Source of the DNA: Methanocella sp.
GTDB taxonomy: Archaea > Thermoproteota > Bathyarchaeia > Bathyarchaeales > Bathycorpusculaceae
NCBI GenBank assembly: GCA_050261115.1
Contig: JBLNCY010000061.1
Location: 1-22,238 of the forward strand
Reading direction: 5' to 3'
DNA: 22,238 bases
The notes under the pieces are model-generated. The model saw only the letters and a program-made list of their open reading frames with translations. It was not told where the DNA came from and ran no database searches. Positions 1 through 9,327 of the stretch are shown in pieces (position 1 is the first letter of the stretch; the number at the start of each line of letters is the position of its first letter). The position numbers and the translations under genes were made by a program.

Positions 1-25
1 AGGGCAAAGCAAACAAAGTGGCAGT

Positions 26-277
26 CTAGTGCTTCGGTTCCTCAAGAGCTTTTAAGAGTGCTACGCCTTTGTCCGTGATTACATATTTGGCTCGGTATTT
101 TGGCGAGCTTTTCTCGACATAACCACCGTAAACTAAATGGCTAAACGTACTCTCGAAACTGGCGTGGGTACCACCTTTTTGTACCGTGTGCTTCTCAAGT
201 TCTGTCCGGCTTAAAGGTTGACGGCTGAGCCCATGCAGAATTATTTTCGCTAACTCGGTGTTTAAATTCTTCACCAT
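26..277 (-). CDS. small winged-helix (HTH) DNA-binding protein
   Basis: 83 aa from ATG at 277 (MVKNLN...). Pattern IILHGLSRQPLSRTEL...GYVEK...YVITDKGVALL is typical of archaeal wHTH proteins. Confidence 0.7.
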   Translation of the reverse strand: MVKNLNTELAKIILHGLSRQPLSRTELEKHTVQKGGTHASFESTFSHLVYGGYVEKSSPKYRAKYVITDKGVALLKALEEPKH

Positions 278-343
278 TTTCGTCCCTCTCAGCCTATTCA
301 AGCAAATATGAAACGTTGCCCTTTTGCCTTTTAAACCACAAGT

Positions 344-541
344 TCAAAAGACAGTTTGAGGATGGGGAGGGGTGAGTAAAAGTGAAAAAGTGCTAACTAA
401 AAATAGTGAAAATAGCAATAATTTGAAGCATTTTACGCGCCAAGCTTCAGATATTAGCTTTTTTTCTTTGTTTGCTGCTTCATTAGCCGACGTTTCAACT
501 TCACTAAGGAGTGTATCTATTTCTTTTTTGGTCATCGACAA
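344..541 (-). CDS. small hypothetical protein with C-terminal hydrophobic helix
   Basis: GGAGG on the minus strand at 551-555, 9 nt before a TTG at 541 (alternative ATG at 535). Charged N-terminus followed by LLLFSLFLVSTFSLLL. Confidence 0.45.
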   Translation of the reverse strand: MSMTKKEIDTLLSEVETSANEAANKEKKLISEAWRVKCFKLLLFSLFLVSTFSLLLTPPHPQTVF

Positions 542-542
542 A

Positions 543-564
543 TCAATCAACCTCCTTGAGTTCT
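543..564 (+). repeat. imperfect direct repeat, copy 1 (TCAATCAACCTCCTTGAGTTCT)
   Basis: Matches 1522-1542 (TCAATCGACCTCTTGAGTTCT) with 1 mismatch and 1 indel. Confidence 0.7.
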
Positions 565-1537
565 CCTAATTCTGGTCCAATCAGCCCCTGCTATTTACGG
601 TGAGGCTACGGTTGAGGGAATCTGAGACATAACCCTAACCCAAGCAGGAGGCATAAACCCGCCGATAGCGCCTCTAACAAGAAAAGGCAACACTTGGGCT
701 TTAAACGCTGACATCACTGGAACTATAACGATAGAACAAAACAACATAATCTTTGATGGAAACAACCATACGCTCAGGGGCAGTATTGTCGTATTGGGTG
801 ACTACAACACCATCACAAACACCACAATCATGCATGCAAACGCAGCAATCGAAGCATTCGGCCCAACAACAGCAATCAGGCTATTGAGCTCCCACAACAA
901 CATAACAGGCAACTACCTCAATGACAACACCGTCGGAATAAACTTCGCGAGTGAAATAGTATACGCTACCGGACGTCCACCAAGTGAATGCAAAAACAAC
1001 TACGTTACCGCAAACACCATCACGAATTGTTATACTGCTCTACAATTTTATTCCAGTCAAGACAACCATATCTACCACAACGACTTCATCAACAACAACT
1101 ATACTGTCAGAGACTCAGGTCTCATCTACAACTACCCCAGTAAACCTTCAATTAATGTGTGGGATGACGGCGACGGCTCAGGTAACTTCTGGGATGATTA
1201 CCTCACAAGGTACCCCAATGCCACCGAATCCAGCACCCCAGGTGTAGGTGATACGCCGTACTTTATTCGACCAGCCGGCTACGTGGACCCCGCCGACGTG
1301 CAGACCGAGGAATCAAAAGAATACTAGACTAATATGAACGCCATATACAGCCAAAACGGTGACCGATATCCTCTCATGGAACCCTACGGCACCAAAAAGC
1401 CCACAACTGGATTTGAGCTTGCCCCAACAACCATCGCCATAGCAATAATCATAATCGCCACCACCATCTTAGTTGCAGCTTCAATTGTTTATTTCAAAAA
1501 ATCACGCCAGGTTAACCATAGTCAATCGACCTCTTGA
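560..1537 (+). pseudogene. NosD-like parallel beta-helix surface protein with C-terminal membrane anchor; 5'-truncated, two in-frame stops
   Basis: One frame reads VLLILVQSAPAIYG (signal-peptide tail)...EGI*DITLTQAGGINPPIAPLTRKGNTWALNADITGTITIEQNNIIFDGNNHTLRG...IYHNDFINN...WDDGDGSGNFWDDY...GVGDTPY...SKEY*TNMN...DRYPLMEP...IAIAIIIIATTILVAASIVYFKK. TGA at 623-625, TAG at 1325-1327. No start codon upstream of the signal-peptide remnant. Confidence 0.8.
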
Positions 1538-1542
1538 GTTCT
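1522..1542 (+). repeat. imperfect direct repeat, copy 2
   Basis: See 543-564. Overlaps the stop codon of the NosD-like pseudogene. Confidence 0.7.
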
Positions 1543-1628
1543 TCTCTGCTATCATTTGTCCATATCTAAATTCGTCATAAAAAGAAATTAGAAAACAAGG
1601 GGTAGAGGTTTTGTGTTTTGGTGCTTGT

Positions 1629-3260
1629 TTATTTTTGTGCATGTAACTCTTTTACCCATGCCAAGAGTTCCTCTGAGAGGTCTTCTTTGGCAATAACTGC
1701 CTCAATTAGCGTGAACTCCTTGTTATTCTTGGCTTCCTCAAGTGCTTTGTAGAGTTTTTCGCAACTGTCACAATAGTAACCTTTGCCGCCCCATAGCTCC
1801 GCCATCTTTGCGTATGACCAGTTTACTAGTTCGTTGAATTTGGCTGTTGGGTAGAAAAGCTGCTGCATACCCCACCTGCTGTTGTTAAAGACTATGAATA
1901 TGGGGTTTATGCCGAAGCGAGGGCAGTGGCATATTTCTTGTCCAGTCATTTGGAAGCCGCCGTCGCCAACCAGAACCAGCGGACGCTTCCTAGTTGTAAC
2001 TGTGTATCCGATGGCTGCAGGAACTGCAAATCCCATCGTAGCATAATAGGGCGTAGCCATAATCGAGGGGGCATCAATTTTTGTGGATGCAAACAGGCAG
2101 TCGCCTGTATCTGAAATCACGGGCATTTCTCCAAAGGTGCCGAAAAACCAGTTAATTGCGTCAATTATTTCTTTAACCGAAACAAAATTGACATCATACT
2201 TACAGGCTCTATTGAGCGGAACCTCGTATTTTTGGGGGAACTGTAAGGTTTTTTGTTTTATGTCTCTTTTTAGGAGTTCCTCAACCAGCAATCGTAAGGG
2301 GACATTACTATACGAGTGGTGCCCAATTAGGACCTGCCTTGAGATGCCAAGAATCAACGCGTCCTTTCTTTGCCGCCTTAGACTCAACCCTAAGGTGACA
2401 TCCGAAAGAATCAAGCCCAGCATAAAAAGGCAGTCCGACTGCTCCACCAATTCCTTTGCAACCGGATTCCCCGCCCCACCCAAGTAAGTGCCAAAATAAT
2501 TAGCGTCATCTTGAGGCATAGTATCACGGCCCAAAAAGTCAGTGACTATAGGAACCCCTAACTTTTTAGCTAATGTTAAAACTAACTCGTTTAAGCCGAA
2601 GCGGTCAACTTCCACGCCGACAAGCATAAGGGGCATCTTAGCAGCGGCGAGTCTTCGCAGAATTTCATCTGCAGCTTCCTTTACCGCACCCTCATCTACC
2701 ACATAGGGTTCTTCTTTATCTTCAGAGAGCAATATTTCCTTGTCAACAATGTCTCGGGGGATTTCTATGTAGACGGGAAGCATGTACTCCTGGCAAGCCT
2801 TGATGGCTCTTGTGATCTTTGAGGCAGCGGTATCTGTTCTATCCAAGATTACTGCTTCTTTGGTTACCTCTTTGTAGACTGTGAGTTGTGAATTGAAGTC
2901 CTTGACTTCATGATGGAGGAAGGCATCGTTTGTTCTCTCATCCTCACCTGGGCCTCCAGAAATTATAATAAGAGGGGTTTTTTCAGCGTAGGCGCAGGCA
3001 ACTGCATTTAGCATGTTGAGGCCGCCAACACCGTAGGTGACGCAGGCCACAGCGGGTTTACGGGTCGCTCTTGCAGATGCAACGGCTGCAAACCCAACCC
3101 CCGGTTCATGAGAAAACGTGTAAAGGTCCAAATCGGGGTCATCTTCCATGACTTTAAAGAATCGGATCACCATGTCGCCTGGGATGCCGAAAATGGATTT
3201 TACACCTGCATCTTTTATTGCTTGAACTAGGAATTTTCCCACTGTAAGTTTGCTTGACAT
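1629..3260 (-). CDS. ipdC: TPP-dependent indolepyruvate/phenylpyruvate decarboxylase
   Basis: FGIPGD, HEPGVGFAA, VTYGVGGLN, LHH motif, DTGDCLF, YYATMGFAVPAAIG, and the TPP motif GDGGFQMTG...NN. Confidence 0.88.
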   Translation of the reverse strand: MSSKLTVGKFLVQAIKDAGVKSIFGIPGDMVIRFFKVMEDDPDLDLYTFSHEPGVGFAAVASARATRKPAVACVTYGVGGLNMLNAVACAYAEKTPLIIISGGPGEDERTNDAFLHHEVKDFNSQLTVYKEVTKEAVILDRTDTAASKITRAIKACQEYMLPVYIEIPRDIVDKEILLSEDKEEPYVVDEGAVKEAADEILRRLAAAKMPLMLVGVEVDRFGLNELVLTLAKKLGVPIVTDFLGRDTMPQDDANYFGTYLGGAGNPVAKELVEQSDCLFMLGLILSDVTLGLSLRRQRKDALILGISRQVLIGHHSYSNVPLRLLVEELLKRDIKQKTLQFPQKYEVPLNRACKYDVNFVSVKEIIDAINWFFGTFGEMPVISDTGDCLFASTKIDAPSIMATPYYATMGFAVPAAIGYTVTTRKRPLVLVGDGGFQMTGQEICHCPRFGINPIFIVFNNSRWGMQQLFYPTAKFNELVNWSYAKMAELWGGKGYYCDSCEKLYKALEEAKNNKEFTLIEAVIAKEDLSEELLAWVKELHAQK

Positions 3261-3380
3261 TTAGACATAACTCCAATCCGCTTTTTTAACCGAGGCAGCG
3301 GTAGAATGGATATCTTTCTATTACCCTTTTGAGACCTATAACGGTTTCTTCCTGCCGGTTTCTGCAAGTTGACGGTTGAG

Positions 3381-4868
3381 TTATTTTAGGAGATTCTTTA
3401 GGTACTTCGTAATTAACTGTGGCTGATCAGCAACTGTATGCAACGCCTTCCTTGGATGCTTTGCTAAGTTAATGAGATGTAGCCGTTTGTACTCTGCTAG
3501 TGCTTGGGCCGCGATTTCTTTAACTTCAACGGGAGTGAACTCGTTGGTAGTTATCATAGGTAGTCCCTTTGCCTGTCTGGCCTGAGCAAAACTGTTCCAT
3601 GACAAATCAGCAGGTAAATACCCTTTAGCTTTGCAGTCTTCATAGAGCCGTGTACCATAGCTAGGTGTTGCCGCAAACAAATGCATGCCCATGTCGTATT
3701 TACGCTTCATTTCAAGCGCGAAATCGACGGTGCGTTGCATGTTCTGCTTTGTTTCGCCGGGGAACCCGATTATGTAGAATCCACCTGTTTTTAAGCCGAG
3801 TTCTTGGGCGTTTTTGGCGAATTCAACGACTTTTTTAAGGTCAAGGCTTTTGCAGACCACGCGATCGAGGATTTGCTGGTCGCCGGATTCAACGCCGACG
3901 AACACACTTTTGACGCCTGACCGCTTCATTTTCTTTAGTAACTCCATGTTTAGGCGGTCGGCGCGGACTCCGTTGGGGGTTTCCCAGCCGATTTTTATTT
4001 TACGTTCAATTATGCCGTCACATATGGCTTCAAAACGGTTTATGTCAAATGTTAGGTTATCGTCTTCAAAGAATATGTTTTTGATTCTATATTTTTCGAC
4101 GACATACTGTATATGATCGAGCACGTACGGGGCGCTGTGTGCCCTAAATTCCCTGCCCATGTGAAGGTGAACGGAGCAGAAGCAGCAGTTAAATGGGCAA
4201 CCGCGGCTGGTGATCATAGAGATGGCGCGTTTCTGGAAGCTGCGGTAGCCAACCTTTTTTGGAGGATTAAGATACAGCTCCATATCAACCAGGTCGTAGG
4301 CTGGGTAAGGTAACTCGTCAAGAGTATCAAGTAGAGGCCTGCGGGCATTAACTCTGATTTCGCCGTTGTCTCGGTAGGCGATACCTTTGATTTTACTCAA
4401 CGGTTTTTTGCCCATAAAGTGCTCGACGATTTCTAGTAGCGCGTATTCGCCTTCACCCATGACAACTATGTCGATTGTTGGGGTTTCTTCGAGTGTCTCT
4501 TTGGGCATTAAGGTGACGTGGGGGCCACCGACGATGGTTATGATGTTTGGGTTGACTTTTTTAATTATCTTGCTGGTTTCTATGGCGTGGCCGATTTGGC
4601 TTGTGAAAGGACCCGCTATCCCGACTATATCGGGTTGTCGACTGCGAATTTCTTTCTCGATTCGATTGCAGGGTAAACCAATGGTAACTGCTCCGCCATC
4701 TTTCTCTTCGAATTCGGCACCCGTCATGAATGCATCCAAAATCTCAACAGCATAGCCACCCTTCTGCAGCGTGGCAGCTATGTACATTAACCCGAGCGGT
4801 AAGTTACCAGCCGGAGGATCAGAGCCCGGGTAGAACGTCTGCGGCGGGTTAATCAAGAGAACCTTCAT
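3381..4868 (-). CDS. B12-binding radical SAM protein (class B methyltransferase-like)
   Basis: N-terminal PLGLMYIAA...GGPH...GEGE cobalamin-binding domain. SRGCPFNCCFC (CxxxCxxC), FEDDN, GVESG, IIGFPGET. Confidence 0.92.
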   Translation of the reverse strand: MKVLLINPPQTFYPGSDPPAGNLPLGLMYIAATLQKGGYAVEILDAFMTGAEFEEKDGGAVTIGLPCNRIEKEIRSRQPDIVGIAGPFTSQIGHAIETSKIIKKVNPNIITIVGGPHVTLMPKETLEETPTIDIVVMGEGEYALLEIVEHFMGKKPLSKIKGIAYRDNGEIRVNARRPLLDTLDELPYPAYDLVDMELYLNPPKKVGYRSFQKRAISMITSRGCPFNCCFCSVHLHMGREFRAHSAPYVLDHIQYVVEKYRIKNIFFEDDNLTFDINRFEAICDGIIERKIKIGWETPNGVRADRLNMELLKKMKRSGVKSVFVGVESGDQQILDRVVCKSLDLKKVVEFAKNAQELGLKTGGFYIIGFPGETKQNMQRTVDFALEMKRKYDMGMHLFAATPSYGTRLYEDCKAKGYLPADLSWNSFAQARQAKGLPMITTNEFTPVEVKEIAAQALAEYKRLHLINLAKHPRKALHTVADQPQLITKYLKNLLK

Positions 4869-4908
4869 CAGAGGCGCCCAACGCTATAACCTTCGCCTTG
4901 ACGGATAT

Positions 4909-7656
4909 TTAAATTACTGATAGGTAAATAGGGACTCGGCGCAGTTTCTTTCGAATCAGCTTCTCTAACTCGATGATTGCAAAGCCCGGAAGCACTGCGA
5001 GAATTATTAGTGGCCACCATTCAAGCGGAAGGCTCGCGGTTTTGAATATCACTTGAGCTGTAGGCGCATAGACTATTATGAGTCCAGTAATGATGGTGCC
5101 GCTTATTCCGGCTATCAGCCACTTATTAGAGAATGGTTTAATGGTGAATGCTGATTCGTAGACTGAACGGGCAGTGACAACGTAACCTAAGTGTACGAAT
5201 TGAACTGCAATGAACGCCGCTGTCTGCGCTTGTACAAGAACCGTGGCATCGCCGGTTAGAGTCGCTGTGTTCCCGAAGTACCAGTAAGTCATAAAGCCTA
5301 CTATAGCCATGATTGCCGCGACTAAGCCTACTCTTGTGATGAACACGCCGTTCGCTATCTTCTCTCTTGGGTTGCGTGGGGGCCCATTGAGTAAACCTTT
5401 TTCATAAGGTTCAAACAGTAGCGGCATTGTCAACAGAACTGAGTCGGCAAGATTAATCCATAGAATATGAATTGGCTCTAGGGGTAGGCGTAATGCAAAG
5501 AGGGCTATGAAAGGAGTCAATACTATGGAACCAATTATCAAAGCCATTTGACCAAAGTTTGTGGGGAGCGTATAGAGAATTGCTTTCTCAAGATTCTTCC
5601 AGGCGTGTCGCCCCTCTTCTACGGCTGAAACTATGCTGGCAAAGTTGTCATCAGTGAGCACAATGCTGGATACCTCCTTGCTGACTTCCGTACCGGTTAT
5701 CCCCATAGCTACACCGATATCTGCTGCCTTAAGAGCTGGAGCGTCATTTACACCGTCACCTGTCATGGTAACGATTTCGCCGTGCTTCTGCAGTTGTTTA
5801 GCAATCCTTAGCTTATGCTCGGGAGCTACCCTAGCGTAAACTGAAACCTTTTCTACAACTTCATAGAGCTGGTCATCGCTCATTTGGGACAAATGTGCCC
5901 CAGTAAGTACGGGGGCGTCTTTTCGGTTTATTATTTTGAGTTGATGGGCAATAGCTACTGCAGTTCGCATGTGGTCGCCGGTAATCATTACGGTGCGGAT
6001 ACCAGCCTTTTTGCAATTTTCTATTGCTTTGATTGCTTCAGGTCTCGGCGGATCAATCATACCTTGCAAGCCCACGAAAACCAGTCTGTGCAGGTCATCT
6101 AATGATATGGATGTTTTATCTTTGGGCACTACCTTGTAAGCCATTCCAAGAACGCGGAGTGCTTCCTCTGCCATAGAATCTGCTTCTCGCAAAATGCGGT
6201 CTTTATCGATGGGAACAGGCTTGCCAGCGATTAGTTGGGTTTCGCAGAGGTCAACGATTTTTTCGGGGGAGCCCTTAACATAGATAATGTTATTATCGCC
6301 TTCATCGTGCAAGGTTGCCATGTACATGCGTTCAGAATCAAAAGGAATTTCATCTATCAGAGGGCTTTTTTCTTTTATGCCCAATTTGGCTGCTGAAACT
6401 ATTAGTGCACCTTCGGTTGGGTCTCCGATAATGCGATGGCAGTCGTCGCTCTCTGTCAGGGAGGCATTGTTGCAATGGTAACCTGTCTTAAGAGTTAAGA
6501 CTAACTCCGTGGGGCAATCAACTAACTTCATGTAGGCGCCCTTGTCAGATAAGAAGTGACCCTCAGGCTCATAACCAACACCCGTTACCCGATAGTTGGT
6601 GTCGCCTGCATACACTCTTGCAACGGTCATCTCGTTTTTGGTGAGTGTGCCAGTCTTATCTGAACAGATAACTGTAGTGCAGCCCAAGGTTTCTGTTGCG
6701 GGTAATCTGCGTATTAGAGCATGTCTCTTCGCCATTGCAGTTGCTGATAAAGAGAGAACACCTGTGACAACCATGGGGAGCATTTCAGGAATCCCTGCCA
6801 CAATAAGGGCAACGGAAGCCATGAACAGGTAAATCAAGCTCTGCCCAACTAAAAAGCCAAAAACAGCGTTCACCGCAGCCAAGCCTAAAATGGCAAATAT
6901 GAGCGTCTTGGTAAAAACGTCAATCTGCTTCTGCAGAGGAGTTTTTGTTGTCTTGGTTTCTTTTACTAGTGTGGCGATTTTTCCGAATTCAGTGTTCTCT
7001 GCGGTTTTTACTACGATACCCTTAGCGTTGCCCCGAGTGATGAAGGTTCCGCTGAATGCAATGCATTTTTGGTCAGCGGGCGGAAGATCGGGTGAATCAA
7101 TGACCTCAGCGGTCTTGCTTACAGGTGTAGATTCACCGGTAAGTGGGGCTTCGTCTGCATGGGCATCTTTTGCAGAGAACAATCGGATATCCGCAGGTAC
7201 TTTGTCGCCTGAATTAAGAACTACTATGTCGCCTGGGACGAGTTCTCGAGCGGGAATCACCTGTTCGACATTGTCACGAATAACTGTGCAGGAGGGCACA
7301 GCCATTTTTTTAAGTGCTTCAAGGGCACCTTCTGCTTTTCCCTCCTGGTAGAATCCAAGAATTATGTTAAGAACTACAACGCCTACTATGACTGCGGTGT
7401 CCATCCATAAGTCTTCTATGTGTAATAAGGACAGAATGGTTGTAACGGCTGCAGCCGCAACTAGTATCAGCACTAAGGGGCTACGGGCTTGATCTAGCAA
7501 CCTCATTAAGGCGCTTCGCTTTTTTAGCGTGAGCTCATTGTAGCCATATTTTTGTAATCTGCTGGCTGCTTCGGAAGAGGTTAGGCCTGACTCGCTTGTC
7601 TCCTGGAGCCGGAAAACCTCGCCAGCTTCTAGCTGATACCACTTAGTAGAGGACAT
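4909..7656 (-). CDS. cation-transporting P-type ATPase (type II, Ca2+-ATPase-like)
   Basis: LTGES, DKTGTLT, KGSPE, DPPR, TGD, GDGVNDAPALK motifs and multiple TM segments. Confidence 0.95.
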   Translation of the reverse strand: MSSTKWYQLEAGEVFRLQETSESGLTSSEAASRLQKYGYNELTLKKRSALMRLLDQARSPLVLILVAAAAVTTILSLLHIEDLWMDTAVIVGVVVLNIILGFYQEGKAEGALEALKKMAVPSCTVIRDNVEQVIPARELVPGDIVVLNSGDKVPADIRLFSAKDAHADEAPLTGESTPVSKTAEVIDSPDLPPADQKCIAFSGTFITRGNAKGIVVKTAENTEFGKIATLVKETKTTKTPLQKQIDVFTKTLIFAILGLAAVNAVFGFLVGQSLIYLFMASVALIVAGIPEMLPMVVTGVLSLSATAMAKRHALIRRLPATETLGCTTVICSDKTGTLTKNEMTVARVYAGDTNYRVTGVGYEPEGHFLSDKGAYMKLVDCPTELVLTLKTGYHCNNASLTESDDCHRIIGDPTEGALIVSAAKLGIKEKSPLIDEIPFDSERMYMATLHDEGDNNIIYVKGSPEKIVDLCETQLIAGKPVPIDKDRILREADSMAEEALRVLGMAYKVVPKDKTSISLDDLHRLVFVGLQGMIDPPRPEAIKAIENCKKAGIRTVMITGDHMRTAVAIAHQLKIINRKDAPVLTGAHLSQMSDDQLYEVVEKVSVYARVAPEHKLRIAKQLQKHGEIVTMTGDGVNDAPALKAADIGVAMGITGTEVSKEVSSIVLTDDNFASIVSAVEEGRHAWKNLEKAILYTLPTNFGQMALIIGSIVLTPFIALFALRLPLEPIHILWINLADSVLLTMPLLFEPYEKGLLNGPPRNPREKIANGVFITRVGLVAAIMAIVGFMTYWYFGNTATLTGDATVLVQAQTAAFIAVQFVHLGYVVTARSVYESAFTIKPFSNKWLIAGISGTIITGLIIVYAPTAQVIFKTASLPLEWWPLIILAVLPGFAIIELEKLIRKKLRRVPIYLSVI

Positions 7657-7914
7657 GTTCGTGAGACATAACTTATAGTTGCTAATAAGCGGAACTTACG
7701 TCTGTGGACAATCGCAACATAAATTTCTTAATGATGCGGCGCATACAAGGTGAATTTGCTATTTACCAACCCATGTCAGGTAAACGCCGACAAAAACAGA
7801 ATCCTGCCTGCAAGCAACAGGTGAACCCGAGGTTGACTCTATATAAGGGAGGGGTCTATGAGGGAGCACCAGACCAGTTGAAAACAAAAAGTAGAAAGAG
7901 GCTTGATAGGCAGC

Positions 7915-9327
7915 TTATTTTTTACTCATCAGGTATTCATGCATAGCTTTAGCTGCACGTTTACCTGCACCCATCGCGCTAATGACGGTAGCTGCGCCTG
8001 TGGCGACGTCGCCGCCAGCGTAGACTCCCTCGAGGCTAGTTTTGCCAACTTCGTCAACAGTGATGGTTCCATGCTTGGGGTCGCTTTTCAATCCATCAGT
8101 CGTACGCTGAATTATGGGGTTAGGCGTTTGACCGATAGCGATGATGACTGTGTCCACGTCCATCGTGAATTCGCTGCCAGGGACCGGTTTAACACCGCGT
8201 CTGCCTCTAGCGTCAGGCTCTGTTAGTTCCATAGCGATGCATTTCATGGATTTTACCCAGCCCTTCTCATCACCATAGAATTCAACGGGTGCAGCTAGAA
8301 ACTTGCACATTAAGCCCTCTTCTTCGGCGTTCTCGATCTCTTCATGTCTAGCCGGGAGTTCCTCACGTCCACGTCGATAGAGCAGGCAAACTTCTGCACC
8401 TAAACGGATGCTGCATCTTGCGCAGTCCATAGCCACGTTACCGCCCCCGATAACCACAACTTTTTTGCCGATGCGGATTGGCGTGTCAGTCTCAGGGAAT
8501 TGGAACGCCTTCATCAAGTTAACGCGGATAAGGAACTCGTTAGCACTATAGATGCCGCCGAGGTTCTCGCCGGGGCAACCTGTGAATGAAGGTAAGCCTG
8601 CGCCTGAGCCGATAAAGACCGCATCGTAACCGCCTTCCTTCATGAGTTCGGGTATAGTGTGGATTCTGCCGACCAAGTTACCTAGGCGCAATTCTGCACC
8701 GAGTTTCTGGACGTATTTAACTTCGTGTTGCACAATTGCTTTTGGCAGACGGAACTCGGGGATACCATACATGAGCACACCGCCACCGACGTGCAACGCC
8801 TCAAATATGGTGACTTCATGCCCCAATTTAACTAGGTCAGCTGCAACAGTCAACCCAGCTGGACCAGCACCGATAACCGCAACTTTTTTGTCGGTGGGCT
8901 CGGCTTTGGGAGGTAATTGTGCGCCTTTTTCGCGTTCCCAGTCAGCTAGGAACCGTTCCAGTCTGCCGATGCTAACTGGCTCACCCATTCTGCCGATGAC
9001 ACATTTAGATTGACACTGCACTTCCTGGGGACAAACGCGTCCGCAAACGGCAGGCAATGCATTTTTGGTTTTGATGATTTGGATGCCTTCGGAATAGTTC
9101 TTTTCTTTGATAGCCTTGATGAATTTTGGAATCGGAACCTCAACGGGGCAGCCTGTGACACATTGAGGGTTTGGGCAACCTAAGCAGCGTTGGGCTTCTT
9201 CTTGTGCTTCGGCTTCAGTGTAACCTAAAGCCACTTCACTAAAGTTTTTCGCGCGAACTGCGGGTTCTTGTTTAGCCATATCTACGGCTTTCTTGTTTAG
9301 TTTCGGTTTAGGCTTTGTTTCTGCCAC
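7915..9327 (-). CDS. nfnB: GltD-like NADPH-dependent oxidoreductase, large subunit of NfnAB / sulfide dehydrogenase (NfnB/SudA)
   Basis: RCLGC...CVTGCP, CGRVCPQEVQC, GAGPAG, YGIPEFRLP, GGGNVAMD, GGDVATGAATVISAMGAG. Likely GTG start at 9327 with GGAGG 8 nt upstream. Confidence 0.88.
   Translation of the reverse strand: MAETKPKPKLNKKAVDMAKQEPAVRAKNFSEVALGYTEAEAQEEAQRCLGCPNPQCVTGCPVEVPIPKFIKAIKEKNYSEGIQIIKTKNALPAVCGRVCPQEVQCQSKCVIGRMGEPVSIGRLERFLADWEREKGAQLPPKAEPTDKKVAVIGAGPAGLTVAADLVKLGHEVTIFEALHVGGGVLMYGIPEFRLPKAIVQHEVKYVQKLGAELRLGNLVGRIHTIPELMKEGGYDAVFIGSGAGLPSFTGCPGENLGGIYSANEFLIRVNLMKAFQFPETDTPIRIGKKVVVIGGGNVAMDCARCSIRLGAEVCLLYRRGREELPARHEEIENAEEEGLMCKFLAAPVEFYGDEKGWVKSMKCIAMELTEPDARGRRGVKPVPGSEFTMDVDTVIIAIGQTPNPIIQRTTDGLKSDPKHGTITVDEVGKTSLEGVYAGGDVATGAATVISAMGAGKRAAKAMHEYLMSKK

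Noticed and set aside
570-710. Apparent hairpins (GGTTGAGGG/CCCTAACC, GAGGC/GCCTC) suggesting a riboswitch or ncRNA
   Set aside because: The region translates as the N-terminal part of the NosD-like pseudogene, the stems are short, and no known riboswitch motif is recognisable.
794-1537. ORFs 794-1327 and 1334-1537 as two separate genes
   Set aside because: Same frame, separated by a single TAG; they are pieces of one gene.
7704-7946. 80-aa plus-strand ORF between the ATPase and nfnB
   Set aside because: No RBS or motif, and it overlaps the nfnB stop; probably intergenic.
7915-9327. Annotation as true glutamate synthase
   Set aside because: No large subunit is nearby; pairing with an NfnA/SudB gene points to NfnAB/SudAB.
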